The notes: generated by a model not told the origin, from the letters alone. 64,000 bases of DNA from Octopus sinensis (GCF_006345805.1 NC_043004.1:1178001-1242000); one strand, 5' to 3'; shown: positions 51,320-64,000, counted from the first letter of the stretch. Translations and numbers: made by a program.

Positions 51320-52190
51320 CACAGCACTGTGAAAGCTAGTGTAGCTTTTGGAAAACTTAAGAAGCAAGTCTGGTCAGATTAGGGTACCACAAGACCCACA
51401 AAACTCTCTGTGTAAGAGGCCAATATACTTATAACCCTGCAATAAGGGTGCATAAAGTAGACAACCTGGAGGCATCATTATCAAGCGGTTGGAGAGGTTT
51501 CATCCATATTGCATCTGATGCACCCTGAACATCAAGTGGGCCTCTTACACATCTGATGTGATTATACTTGAGAAATGGGTTGCACCAGCATTGAGGAAAG
51601 AACAGTTTTGAATCAGATGCATTGGGTTGGTCACCTGAACAGATTTTTTTGGGGGAGCTGACTGACCAGAGGGGAAAAGGCCTCAACATAAACCAAGGAA
51701 ACAATTTAAGGATGTAATAAAAAGCTATCTTAATCCTTTTGTTACCAACCTGGTTGAAACTGCATCTGGCTCTGTAGTACAAATGTCTTGTTTTCATAAG
51801 TTTTTCATTAAAATCTTCCACCAAACCTTAATCGCAATTTATGTTCCTATTAAATTATTTTACTAAATTCTTTCTTATATTTGAAATAATTGAAAGAAAC
51901 ACAGAGCATCTCAAAATAAATACAGTAACGAAAGGGTTAAAGCTTTGGAGATGTATGTGGATAACTGGGAGGCAATGGTTGAAAACTGCATCATGGAGAA
52001 ATATTGTTAGGAATAGATGTGACATCTCTGAACAAAAAACTGAGTGGAGTGCACTGCTTTGATGCGTTTCTTCCATAAGCAACACTCGGGTACAATGTTT
52101 GCAGAAACCCAGCAGGAACTGAAGTGCAATGTGTGCGGATGATTGCCACACAGCTATGCCTGTGCACTTTTCTAAAGAAAACAATGATAC
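51320..52190 (+). mobile_element. Old RTE (BovB-like) C-terminal fragment interrupted by a TTAA MITE
   Basis: KASVAFGKLKKQVWSD...TKLSV...RLERFH...LNIKW...QMHWVGHL...IFLGEL...KQFKDVIKSYL, then the MITE, then continuing homology. A different RTE lineage from the 57.8 kb copy. Confidence 0.7.
51730..51940 (+). mobile_element. TTAA-flanked MITE inside the RTE fragment
   Basis: TTAA at 51730-51733 and at 51937-51940; TIRs TCCTTTTGTTACC / GTAACGAAAGGG. Confidence 0.85.
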
Positions 52191-52940
52191 GAGTGAGATT
52201 GTTGCCAGAGCAACATGCTGGCCTTCGTGCCGATGGCACGTTAAGCACACCATTCGAGCATGATTGTTACCGTGTCGCCTTACTAGCACTTGTGCTGGTG
52301 GCACATGAAAAACACTTGGGCATGGCCACCAAACTGGCCATCATGCCGGTGGCACGTAAAGGCACCAACTACACTCTCGGAGTTGTTGGTATTAGGAAGG
52401 GCATCCAGCTGTAGAAACTCTGCCAGATCACATGGGAGTCTGGTTCGCCAGACCTCAGTCAAATCATCCATCCCATGCTAGCATGGAAAGCAGACGTTAA
52501 ACAATGATAATGATGAATGATGTGAGGAAGATTCAGCAACTACTTTTAGCTGGTTGTGCAAACAGCAAAGAGGCTCCTGATTGATTCATAGTCGTTGTAA
52601 TATTGATGTTGTTATTGTGGTCATTGGTGATTTGGTGTTGGGGATGTTATCGGAGAAGTGAGGATGTTAATTTGTTTAGAGCTAAAGTGTTAGTGTTAGA
52701 GATGTGAAGTGTTGTTCTGTGTGATAAAATAATCATTGTAGTTAGAGATTATGTCGATGGGGCTGGGGGTGATGTTAATGCTATCGCTGCTAATATTTTG
52801 GTCATTATTTAACCCAAGGCCATCACAGATCCAGCAGACTTGCGATCAAAGGTGCAGGTTTTTTTTGGAGCTGTTCTGTAAACATGACTGATAAGAGTGA
52901 CATATCAGTGTTGAGAGTTGAGGAAGAAAGACAAGGGATA

Positions 52941-53007
<67 letters not shown>

Positions 53008-53677
53008 TGGAAGGAAGGCAGCGAAGGTGATTGTGTTGCCAATATCGGTGAAACAATATTGGATGTGCAACATATGTACAAACAGTGACCAGTGATCAGA
53101 ACCAGATGCCCATGAGGAAAAAAAACGGGAAGACACCACACCATAACAACAAACAACGAACCCATAATCAATTAAGAAAACACAGCAAGGCAGACGTTGG
53201 TTAGGGATGAAGAGAGGGACCATGATGACAAAGATGATGATGATGATGATGATGAAGAAGATGGTGATGAAGATGAGGATGAGATAGAAGGGAAGGAGAA
53301 GGAGCAGCAAGGAAAGGCTGGATGAATTACTACACACACACGCATGTGTGTGGAGATGGATATCAGGAAACGATGGGGAGGGAGGAGAGGTTGAATAGAT
53401 GAATGATGCAGGAAGGTGAAGATGATAGGAAAAGAAAAGAGAGAAGAAACATAAAGGAAACTTTGTGAAGAAAGAGAGGAAATAAGGAATGTGTGAATGA
53501 AATGAAAGGAGGGAGGAGCAGTAGGAAAGATGAAAGTAGGAGGAGGAAGCCAGGTGGAAAAGAACCAGGGGTACTGACAACAGCCTTATATCTACAGATG
53601 CATTTTGACTTGTTACTGAGTGTAGACAGAGGAGAATCTGGTGGGATATTTGATCAAAATGTTTATATTTAGTAGAC

Positions 53678-54086
53678 AGGCGCAGGAGTGGCTGTGTGGT
53701 AAGTAGCTTGCTTACCAACCACATGGTTCCGGGTTCAGTCCCACTATGTGGCACCTTGGGCAAGTGTCTTCTACTATAGCCTCGGACCGACCAAAGCCTT
53801 GAGAGTGGATTTGGTAGAGGGAAACTGAAAAGAAGCCCGTCGTATATATGTATACGTGTGTGTGTGTGTGTATGTGTTTGTGTGTCTGTCTTTGTCCCCC
53901 CAACATCGCTTGACAACCGATGCTGATGTGTTTACGTCCCCGTAACTTAGCGGTTCGGCAAAAGAGACCAATGGAATAAGTACTAGGCTTACAAAGAATA
54001 AGTCCTGGGGGTCAATTTGCTCGACTAAAGGCGGTGCTCCAGCATGGCCACAGTCAAATGACTGAAACAAGTAAAAGAGTAAAGAG

Positions 54087-54090
<4 letters not shown>
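53678..54090 (+). mobile_element. Full-length family B SINE
   Basis: GGCGCAGGAGTGGCTGTGTGG head through the GTAAAAGAG tail running into (GA)n. Confidence 0.88.
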
Positions 54091-54134
<44 letters not shown>

Positions 54135-54515
54135 GAGAGGGAGGGAGACGTACCACTGCAACCACTGTTGCAGCTGTCATGGTATACAAGGAAACAGTTT
54201 GGTTGGACATGCACTGCACCCTGTGTATTGAACCCCTGTTTAGTGGTAATCCCTCAACTATCGTGGGTGTTATGTTCCAAAACCTCCCGTGATGGGTGAA
54301 AATCTGCAAGTAGGAACAGTACTGTACTATATATTTTTTTGTATCATTTTTATAATTTGTGTATATTTATTTCATTATAAATGCTAAACAACCCCACACA
54401 CTCACCTCCCGAGTTTCGTTTTCCATACAGTATGTGAGATTCTTTAGTTACTCATCTACAGTACTCTACATATTTTCTTGTAATATATTTTAAATAATGT
54501 GTTATACAGTGCAGT

Positions 54516-54911
54516 ACTCTTTTACTCTTTTACTTGTTTCAATCATTTGACTGCAACCATGCTGGAGCACCGACTTTAGTCGAGCAAATCGACCCCGGGA
54601 CTTATTCTTTGTAAGCCCAGTATTTATTCTATCGGTCTCTTTTGCCGAACCGCTAAATGACGGGGATGTAAACACACCAGCATCGGTTATCAAGCAATGC
54701 TAGGGGGACAAACATACACACACATATATATAGATATATATACATATATACGACAGGCTTCTTTCAGTTTCCGTCTACTAAATCCACTCACAAGGCATTG
54801 GTCGGCCCGGGGCTATAGCAGAAGACACTTGCCCAAGATGCCACGCAGTGGGACTGAACCCGGAACCATGTGGTTGGTTAGCAAGCTACTTACCACACAG
54901 CCACTCCTGCA
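54516..54911 (-). mobile_element. Full-length family B SINE (reverse)
   Basis: Reverse complement of 53678-54090. Confidence 0.88.
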
Positions 54912-55076
54912 CTTTATTTTAATTTATTAATTTTTAGGCGTGAAAATGTTTATTTTACCACAGAAATAATTAAAATTTAAAAAAGATATAAATACCTATC
55001 GGCTGCAGAAACCTGTGATATATTGAGGAGTCTGCGATATAAATTTACATATATTAGCTAGAAAAATCCAAGGTAT

Positions 55077-55397
55077 ACTGAGCACATGATAGGTGAACCA
55101 CGATGGACTGAGTGCATGGCAGGTGAACCACAATGAACTGAGTGCATGACAGGTGAACCACAGTGTACCGAATGTGCAATAGGTGAACAGCGATGTACTG
55201 AGTGAACTGTGAATTATGGAGTGTGTGATGGGTGAACCACAATGCACTGAGTTCATGACAAGTAAACTGCGGTGTACTGAGTGTGCAATAGGTGAACAGC
55301 GATGTACTGAGTGTGTGATGAGTGAACCGCAACATGCTGAGTGCATGATAGGTGAACTGCAATGCACTGAATGTGCGATAGATGAACTGCAATACGG
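55077..55397. repeat. 30-bp minisatellite (GAGTGCATGATAGGTGAACCACAATGCACT, ~10 units)
   Basis: GGTGAAC-type motif recurs at 30-bp period (55091, 55121, 55151, 55181; then 55230-55380) and abuts the MITE right TIR. Confidence 0.88.
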
Positions 55398-55579
55398 GGA
55401 AGGATTACTGAACATCAATGCAGAATGGGTTTAAAGTGGCAGTTTGGTAGAATTGATAGATCTTTGGCAAAAAACATTGCATTAATGGTTTGTAGCCATT
55501 ATCTCAACACGCATTTCTAACTGAAATATCTTTAATGCCTCTGAAGAGATTCATCTTGTAATGATTTTAATTTTATAAA

Positions 55580-55968
55580 GGCGTAGGAGTGGCTGTGTGG
55601 TAAGTAGCTTGCTTACCAGCCACATAGTTCCGGGTTCAGTCCCACTGCATGGCACCTGGGGCAAGTGTCTTCTTCTATAGCCTCGGGCTGACCAAAGCCT
55701 TGAGTGGATTTGGTAGACGGAAACTGAAAGAAGCTCGTCGTATATATGTATGTGTGTGTATATGTTTGTGTGTCTGTGTTTGTCCCCCCAACATCGCTTG
55801 ACAACTGATGCTGGTGTGTTTACGTTCCCGTAACTTAGTGGTTCAGCAAAAGAGACCGATAGAATAAGTACTAGGCTTACAAAGAATAAGTCCTGGGGTC
55901 GATTTCTTCGACTAAAGGTGGTGCTCCAGCATGGCCACAGTCAAATGACTAAAACAATTAAAAGAGTA
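55580..55968 (+). mobile_element. Full-length family B SINE
   Basis: Same structure as 53678-54090. Confidence 0.88.
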
Positions 55969-57217
55969 ATCATCTAAAGATTACTGAATCAAAACAACTG
56001 TCAGAGATGTCATATTCTATAATTAATAAATATTTTATTAATTACTTCCTCATAGGAAAATTCAGAAACGAAGTGTAGGTCAATCAACAAATGCCCAGAC
56101 ACGAAATTTTAAACATATTTTAAAAAATACACATACATTAATACAATTTAACACAGATCAATAGACCTATATAAATAAAAGTACCACATATAGATATATA
56201 GATGAAAATATAAATTAAAAGAATGTAAAACTATTTGATGTCATCATCATCATCGTATATGTAAACACACCAGCATCATATATATGTATGTATATATATA
56301 CATATATATATTCCCCTTCTTCAGCTGCTCCTGCTTTGACTTATTCCGTGTTTCGAAGAAGTCGAAGCAGGGGCAGCTGAAGAGGGGGAATGTTCCTTGT
56401 GTTGTATGTCTTGTACTCTGTTTTTTGTTTTTTTGTTGTTTAGAAAAAGTCTGTTACCATGTTTTGCTTTTATGTTCTCATTTCTCGTTGTGTTCTACGT
56501 TTTTTGTGGTGTCCTGTACCCATATATGCATGTATATATACATATAGATGTAGGTATGTACATATATGTATGTATATATGCATATGTTTTATTTATTAAA
56601 TTGTTATTCTATGATCGAATGCCACGCATCCTCTTCCAAGTAGGTTTTATCTATCTGTCTCTATATATATATACACATACACACACACACATATATATAT
56701 ATCTATAGTAATCCCGTGCGATCAGTTTATTATTTAAGCTTACGTCGATTCCTCTGAGGTGTTGATTTGCATTTGTAATAAAATAAATATATATAAATTA
56801 TAAAAATACAAAAAAAATATACAGTACATTACTGTTTCTACTTTGCAGTTTCACTTATCGTTGGGGGGGGGGTTGGAATGTAACATGCGATAGTCGAGTG
56901 ATTACTGTGCGTATATATATATATATGTGTGTATTACCATGCTTGACCATTAACCCCACAAGTTTTTTTTTATTCTCCCACTGTTTATTTTCTTATTCCT
57001 TCCTACTGAGGAGCATAGGCTTGAAACATAAAAGACTTTCTCACCTTCCTAAGTTTCTAACTAATACACCTGCTTGTTGATCATACACCTGTCTTCGTCT
57101 TTTGTTTTTCTGTAAATTTCAACTATATATATTATTTATATAATTATTTGATTGAATGCCATGTATCCATTTCCAAGTAAGTTTATTCCCCACCTTCTCT
57201 CTCTCTCTCTCTCTCTC

Positions 57218-59148
57218 ATCATCATCATCATCATCATTTAGCGTCCGTTTTCCATGCTAGCATGGGTTGGACGGTTCTACTGGGGTCTGTGAAGCCAGAA
57301 GGCTTCATCAGGCCCAGTCAAATCTGGCAGTGTTTCTACGGCTGGATGCCCTTCCTAACGCCAACCACTCCGTGAATGTAGTGGGTGCTTTTTACGTGCC
57401 ACCCGCACTTGTGCCAGACAGAGCTGGCAAACGGCCACGAACGGATGGTGCTTTTTATGTGCCACCGGCACGAGGGCCAGGCGAGGCTGGCAACGGACAC
57501 GAAACGGGGCGGTGCTGGCAACGGTCGTGAAACGGAAAGTTCTCTTACATGCCACCGGCACTGGTAACACATCTGCAATTTCCATTGATCGATTTCGATT
57601 CTGATCCTCACTTGCCTCAATGGGTCTTCACAAGCAGAGTTTCGACATGCCACCGGCACTGGTAGCACATCCGCAATTTCCATTGATCGATTTCGATTCT
57701 GATCCTCACTTGCCTCAACACGTCTTCACAAGTAGAGTTTTGTGTCCCAAGAAGGGAAGGTATGCATACGTAGGCTGGCTCCATCCCATGTAGAAGGCCA
57801 CGGGTTGTGGACTCACTTGTCCTGCCGGGTCTTCTCGCGCACAGCACACTTCCAGAGGTCTCGGTCTCTAGTCATTTCCTCAGTGAGACCTAAAGTTCGA
57901 AGGTCGTGCTTCACCACCTCGTCCCAGGTTTTCCTGGGTCTGCCTCTTCCACAGGTTCCCTCAACCGCTAGGGTGTGGCACTTTTTCACACAACTATCTT
58001 CATCCATTCTCGCCACATGACCATACCAGCGCAAACGTCTCTCTTGCACACCACAACTGATGCTTCTTAGGTCCAGCTTTTCTCTCAAGGTACTTACACT
58101 CTGCCGAGTGTGAGTACCGGCATTACACATCCATCGGAGCATACTGGCTTCATTTCTAGCGAGCTTACGCATATCCTCAGCAGTCACGGCCCATGTTTCA
58201 CTGCCATGTAGCATGGCTGTTCGTACACACGCATCATACAGTCTGCCTTTCACTCTGTGCGAGAGGCCTTTTGTCACCAGCAGAGGTAAGAGCTCTCTGA
58301 ACTTTGCCCAAGCTATTCTTACTCTAGCAGTTACACTTTCAGCACACCCGCCCCCGCTGCTGACTTGGTCACCTAGGTAACGGAAACTATCAACTATTTC
58401 TAGTTTTTCTCCCTGGAAAGTGACGGAAGTTGGTCTCAGAGCATTTTCAGTGTTTATTGTTCCTGAGCATCTGCCACATACAAAAACCATCTTCCTAGTT
58501 AGCCTTCCTTTGACATTGCTGCATCTCTTATGTGTCCATAGCTTACACTTGGTGCATCTTATAGAGTTTCTACCTACACCTTTTCTACAGATCGAGCAGG
58601 GCCATCTACCTGAAGGTGTTTGTGATTTGTCTACCTTCCTACTGATTACGACTTTGGTTTTAGCTAGATTGACTCTGAGGCCCTTCGATTCTAATCCTTG
58701 TTTCCACACCTGAAACTTCTCCTCCAGTTCTGATAGCGACTCAGCAATTAGAGCAAGGTCATCAGCATAGAGGAGCTCCCAAGGGCATCCTGTCTTGAAT
58801 TCCTCCGTTATTGCCTGGAGGACTAAGATAAATAGGAGGGGGCTGAGTACTGAGCCTTGGTGGACCCCTACCTCTACCCGGAATTCTTCACTGTACTCAT
58901 TTCCAACCCTCACCCTACTAGCGGTGTCCCTATACATGGCCCGCACAGCTCTCACTAACCATTCATCTATCCCTAGTTTTCTCATTGCCCACCAGATAAA
59001 GGATCGGGGGACCCTGTCGAAGGCTTTCTCCATGTCAACAAAAGCCAGGTACAGGGGCTTATCTTTGGCTAGGTATTTCTCCTGCAGCTGCCTTACCAGG
59101 AATATAGCATCAGTAGTACTTTTCCCTGGCACAAACCCAAACTGCATC
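57218..59148 (-). mobile_element. Young 5'-truncated RTE LINE with complete 3' UTR and (GAT)n tail
   Basis: Uninterrupted ORF at 57813-59147; 3' UTR 57245-57812; (CAT)n on the plus strand at 57218-57237; 5' truncation abuts (TA)n. Confidence 0.95.
57813..59147 (-). CDS. RTE reverse transcriptase (C-terminal 444 aa, transposon-encoded, 5'-truncated)
   Basis: [66 protein letters not shown]; no stops or frameshifts. Confidence 0.93.
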   Translation of the reverse strand: MQFGFVPGKSTTDAIFLVRQLQEKYLAKDKPLYLAFVDMEKAFDRVPRSFIWWAMRKLGIDEWLVRAVRAMYRDTASRVRVGNEYSEEFRVEVGVHQGSVLSPLLFILVLQAITEEFKTGCPWELLYADDLALIAESLSELEEKFQVWKQGLESKGLRVNLAKTKVVISRKVDKSQTPSGRWPCSICRKGVGRNSIRCTKCKLWTHKRCSNVKGRLTRKMVFVCGRCSGTINTENALRPTSVTFQGEKLEIVDSFRYLGDQVSSGGGCAESVTARVRIAWAKFRELLPLLVTKGLSHRVKGRLYDACVRTAMLHGSETWAVTAEDMRKLARNEASMLRWMCNAGTHTRQSVSTLREKLDLRSISCGVQERRLRWYGHVARMDEDSCVKKCHTLAVEGTCGRGRPRKTWDEVVKHDLRTLGLTEEMTRDRDLWKCAVREKTRQDK

Positions 59149-59180
59149 TATATATATATATATAATATATATATGATGTA

Positions 59181-59238
<58 letters not shown>

Positions 59239-60019
59239 TATACATATATATATGTATGTATGTGTGTATATGTGTGTGTGTATATATATATGTATGTATA
59301 TATCTTTACATGCATGCACACGCATACATACAATAAACTTTAGTCAGTCTAAGGCTGTAGTAGAAAATAATTATGTAAGAGGCCATGTAGAGGGATTGAA
59401 CAAGAAGCCTAGAAGCCATGTGGTTGGGAAATCAACTCCCTAACCACATGGTCATAAGCCAAGGAGTAGCCAATGTAGTCGTGGAACAAACAGAATACAC
59501 ACCACTGAAGGTGAATCAGACAATCAGTTTATGTATATATGTGTGTAGATGCAAATGTCTATCTGTATACAGGTATTTATATATGTATAGGTATTTATAT
59601 ATTTATATAAGGCGGCGAGCTGGCAGAAACATTAGCACGCCGGGCGAAATGCTTAGCGGTACTTCGTCTGTCTTTACGTTCTGAGTTCAAATTCCGCTGA
59701 GGTCGACTTTGCCTTTCATCCTTTCTGGGTCGATAAATTAAGTACCAGTTACGTACTGAGGTTGATGTAATTGACTTAATCCGTCTGTCTGTCTTTGTTT
59801 GTCTCCTCTGTGTTTAGCCCCTTTTGGGTAGTAAAGAAATAGGTATTTATATATGTATATACGTGTGTAAATGCAAATGTCTATCTGTATAAATGTAGAC
59901 GTATATGTATACAGATATTTATATATGTATATATGTGTGTAGATGCAAATGTCTATCCGTATAAATGTAAACATATATGTACACCGATATTTATAGCTGT
60001 AGACTCGTCCGTCAATTAC

Positions 60020-60056
<37 letters not shown>

Positions 60057-62394
60057 CTCCCCTCACCATCTTTCTACAGTTTGTTTTTAAATCAATGAAA
60101 TGTGTGAATGTATTTGCTAAACGATGCTAGAGGGCAGCACTGGGCAAACTGTAGCAGTTCTCCAAGTACTTATCGCACACAAATTATATAATATCGAGTG
60201 TGTGTGTGTGTGTTTGCAGGAATCAAAACAAGGATCTATCAATGCAATTATTGTGAGTCCTCGACTGAAGAGATGGATAGAACACCCCCCCCCCTCCCGC
60301 CATTCCCCACCGCAAAAAAAAAAACCCAGAACCGAAAGCAATGCAAAGTCATTGTATTAAATGATGATGATGATAATAATAATAATAATAATAATAATGA
60401 TAACAACAAATAAATAACAAACCAAACAAAAATTTGCCATTGGCAAAAAAAGATTCATTCAGAAATCTTCACTTAAAAGTTTTCTATGAAGAAAATTAAA
60501 GACCAGGACTTGACTAGCAATAGCTATTAACAATGGCCCTGCCACTTCTTCTTGTTCTTGTTCTTGTTCTTGTTCTTCTTCAAATAATGTGAATGAACCA
60601 CAATAGAATTGGCTTTTGTTTAGCCATTCTTTTTCCTTCTTTTTCTTCTCTCTCTCTCTCTCTCCTTAGATTTTCGCAATGCCTGAAAGCAATACAAGCG
60701 AACTTATCTCCAGTGCAAGACAATAAGTTATTCTCTCTTAGAATGACAAGAGATATCAACTTGAACCTGCACTTACTCACAAGCTTTCCCCCCCGCTTCC
60801 CTCTCTCCCCACACCCAAACGCTACCAGACTACTGGGTAGCATTGTAAGTACCCAGGGGCAAGACAGTTGAAATAATGTTTTCTCTTGGGATCAATCCCC
60901 TCCCTTCCACCACACCCTTTCAGGTAATTGTCCCCCCCCCCACAACCACAAACCTGGAATACAACTCTAACTGCTCCTGATGGAGATGAGAAATATAACG
61001 AGAACATTGATGATGATGATGATGATGATGATGATGTCGGCATTGAAATTGTATCACATATCAGTCTTGTCAATTTCATGCTCAAAACAAGTCAAAACAT
61101 CAAATGTACATAGAGGGTCACCCAGGTCAAAGGCTATTCATCAGTGGCCACCTCTACTGAAGGAGACATAGCATTTGAAGACAGAAAGGCTTTGTTTTTA
61201 ATTTATTTCAAGAAAAGCAAAAAGTTGCTGTTGTTGTTGTTGGAGTGTTATAAGTTAGTAGCAGGTGGGACTAAATACCTTGTGGTGACATGTTTAATCA
61301 AGACCCTCTGCATTCTGAGATCAAATCCTATTAAATCCAACTTTGACTTTCGATCCCTGCTTTAGGTGGTAATGTAATGCTGTGGCGAGAGTCATTGACA
61401 CCCCTGTGAGATTGGATGAATGGACTCGCTGGACTCTTATAAAAAGTAGCATTTTGGTTGAGACAAGTCATAGGAGTTGTTGAGATCACTGAGAGTTTGT
61501 AACCATTGGAGTACCGTGTTTAGTGGAGTACATCGTGTGAAGACAGTTGTGTCTATCCCTGCTTTATCAAATTTGTATATCCAACATATAGAAGGATAGA
61601 AAATTTAATAAACTCGGTATTTATTACCTCATAAATATCTAGCCTTGTATTTCATTTATTTATACATCAGATTTTCCAAATTCATGTAAAAGCACCCACT
61701 ACACTCTCAGAGTGGTTGGCATTAGGAAGGGTAACCAGCTGTAGAAACTCTGCCAGATCAGATTGGAGCCTGGTGCAGCATACTGGCTCGCCAGTCCTCA
61801 GTCAAACCGTCCAACCCATACCAGCATGGAAAGTGGACGTTAAACAACGATGATGATAATGATGATGAGAAGAGTTAGACATCATCATCATCATTTAATG
61901 TCTTACATAGTGGCATGGACTGGACAGTCTGATAGGGCTTGAGGACTGCATCATGCTCCAGTGTCTGGTTTGGTATGGTTTCTAGGGCTGGACACCTTCC
62001 TTATGCCAACCACTTTACATCTTAGACTGAGTGCTTTTTCTGTGCCACCAGCATCATTGAGGTTACCATGCTACTCACATGACCACAAAATCTGGAGAGC
62101 AGCTTTATGTTAAGGGATGGACTCTCCTCCCAAAGATCGTGTACGAGTGTCCAGCTTTTTTGCTAAATGACCGGCACAGAAAATGATTTGTTTACAGGGA
62201 TCAAAATGCCTGTCCTGAAACAGAAGCACGGTGTGCCACACGTCAGTTGTCAAAGTGATCGCAGTGCAATGTGAGATGAGTGTTTTGCTCAAGAACACAA
62301 TGCGTCACACAGTCTAGGAATTGAAACCACGATCTCACAATCATGAGTGCAACACCTGAACCACAAGATCATTCGTCCTCACTATATATATATG

Positions 62395-62449
<55 letters not shown>

Positions 62450-62513
62450 ATATATATATCTATATATATATATGGCCGTGGCCTTTGGGCTAAAACATTT
62501 TTAAGGATTTAAG

Positions 62514-62548
<35 letters not shown>

Positions 62549-63088
62549 TTTTCTACTCTAGGCACAAGGCCGAAATATTCGGGGAAGTGGCCAGTTGATT
62601 AGATTGACTCCAGTATGTAACTGGTACTTAATTTATTGACCCTGAAAGGCAAAGTCAACCTCGGCGGAATTTGAACCCAGAACGTAAAGATAAATGAAAT
62701 ACCACTAAGCATTTTGCTTGGCGTGCTAACGTTTCTTATTTCTTTACTGTCCACAAGGGGCTACACACAGAGGGGACAAACAAATAGATTAAGTCGTTTA
62801 TATTGACCCCAGTGTGTAACTGGTACTTAATTTATCGACCCTGAAAGGATTAAAGGCAAAGTCGACCTTGGGGGAATTTGAACCCAGAACGTAAAGACAA
62901 ACGAAATTCCGCTAAGTATTTCGCCTGGCATGCTAACGTTTCTGCCAGCATGCTGCCTTTATATATATATGTATATCATTAATAATTGGCAGAAGTTAGA
63001 CTGATGCAAAGGTCAAAAGCATCATGCATTGACATTTACCAAACTGGTTTCATTCCAAACATCATTACATTTTACATTACTCTCCTCT

Positions 63089-63611
63089 TTAACCCTGTCA
63101 TTACCAACCCAACTGAAACCACCTCTACTCTAAAGTACAAATGCTTTGTTTCTATAAGTTTTGAATTAAAATCTTCCACCAAACCTTAGTCACAATTTAT
63201 GTTCCTAACACTAGCTTAATGATAACTAAGTTATTTCACTATATTCTTTGTTATATTCAAAATTAATTGAAAGAAACACAGAACATCTCAACAGAAATAT
63301 GGTAACAAAAGGGTTAAATGTGGTAACATTTTAATACTCTCTGTATTAAATATGGTAACATATTTATGTTACCATATTTAACCTGTATTAACCCTTTTGA
63401 TACAAACCTGGCTGAAACCACCTCTGGCCCTGTAGTACAAATGACTTGTTTTCATAAATTTTAAATTAAAATCTTCCACCAAACTTTTGTCACAATTTAT
63501 GTTCCTAACACTAACTTAATGATAACTAAGTTATTTTACTAAATTCTTTGTTATACTCAAAATTAATGGAAAGAAACAGAAAGCATCTCAACAGAAATAT
63601 GGTAACAAAAG
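63089..63611 (+). mobile_element. Two tandem TTAA MITE copies
   Basis: 63089-63317 has TTAA at both ends; 63388-63611 has a degraded right TIR. A short palindrome of the MITE end (TAAATATGGTAACATA/TGTTACCATATTTA) lies between them. Confidence 0.8.
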
Positions 63612-63843
63612 AAAGAGTAAAGGCGGAATGGTTAACGCGATAAAGTATTGCACTACGAATTCCAAGTGTCTCTATTCTATGTAGTTTCTGAAATGAAAAC
63701 TTTTTCAATATTGTCAGTCGTAGATCACATGGGAATATTGCGGCAGACTAGATTCCTGTCCAAGAGCAAACTTATTTCTTAGCTGTTTCACAGCATTGAA
63801 CTGAACTAAATTATCAGTTATGTGCTAATTAGACATTATTTAA

Positions 63844-63981
63844 TTAAACTTTAGCATGCTGTAGGTGCATCATGTTGCCATACAGGTTTTCTCCCCTCTC
63901 AATGCAGCACAAATCTGCTTGCAGCTACAGGGGAGAAAACTTGTACGACAACATGATGTGCCTAAGCATGCTAAAGGTTAA
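63844..63981. mobile_element. 130-bp palindromic TTAA-flanked element
   Basis: TTAA-ACTTTAGCATGC...GTTTTCTCCCCT / AGGGGAGAAAAC...GCATGCTAAAGG-TTAA; arms of ~49 bp around a 31-nt spacer. Confidence 0.7.
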
Positions 63982-64000
63982 ACCCTATTGCATTACATAT

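Larger units (their letters stand above)
54244..55410. mobile_element. pogo/Tigger-like MITE containing a nested SINE and a subterminal 30-bp array
   Basis: Left end GTAATCCCTCAACTATCG, right end GGATTACTG. A related short copy lies at ~56707-56902 (AGTAATCCC ... GTGATTACTG). Confidence 0.7.

Noticed and set aside
52846-53916. 356-aa minus ORF
   Set aside because: Chance read-through of a SINE, CT-rich low-complexity sequence and (CT)n; no protein-like domain.
56376-56410. CTGAAGA followed by a GGGGAA/TTCC hairpin as another hammerhead
   Set aside because: No downstream GAAA and no stem I, so the core is incomplete.

Overview
AT-rich, repeat-dense animal genomic DNA. The repeat inventory (tRNA-headed SINEs, RTE LINEs, (CAT)n/(AAT)n/(TA)n microsatellites) points to an octopus or other coleoid cephalopod; this is an inference, not a database match. 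One host gene is supported: the last two coding exons of UTP11 (U3 snoRNA-associated protein 11) on the minus strand, at 26824-26934 and 11894-11980, separated by a 14.8 kb intron. Both exons are absent from the ORF track, and I could not find the upstream exons by eye in the remaining 37 kb. The rest is mobile DNA: a near full-length but disrupted RTE LINE, a young 5'-truncated RTE with an intact 444-codon RT frame, about 20 RTE 3'-tail copies, two restriction-like-endonuclease (RLE) retrotransposon fragments, DD37D (maT) mariner remnants, pogo/Tigger-like and TTAA (piggyBac-like) MITEs, several SINE families and four minisatellites. The most interesting signal is minimal hammerhead ribozyme (HHR) motifs in non-coding repeats, each time arranged as head-to-head inverted pairs. 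One family is a tRNA-head + (AAT)n + HHR element with one catalytically intact-looking copy; a second, unrelated family forms an HHR fold-back at 1.3 kb. All structures were read by eye; no folding program or homology search was run.
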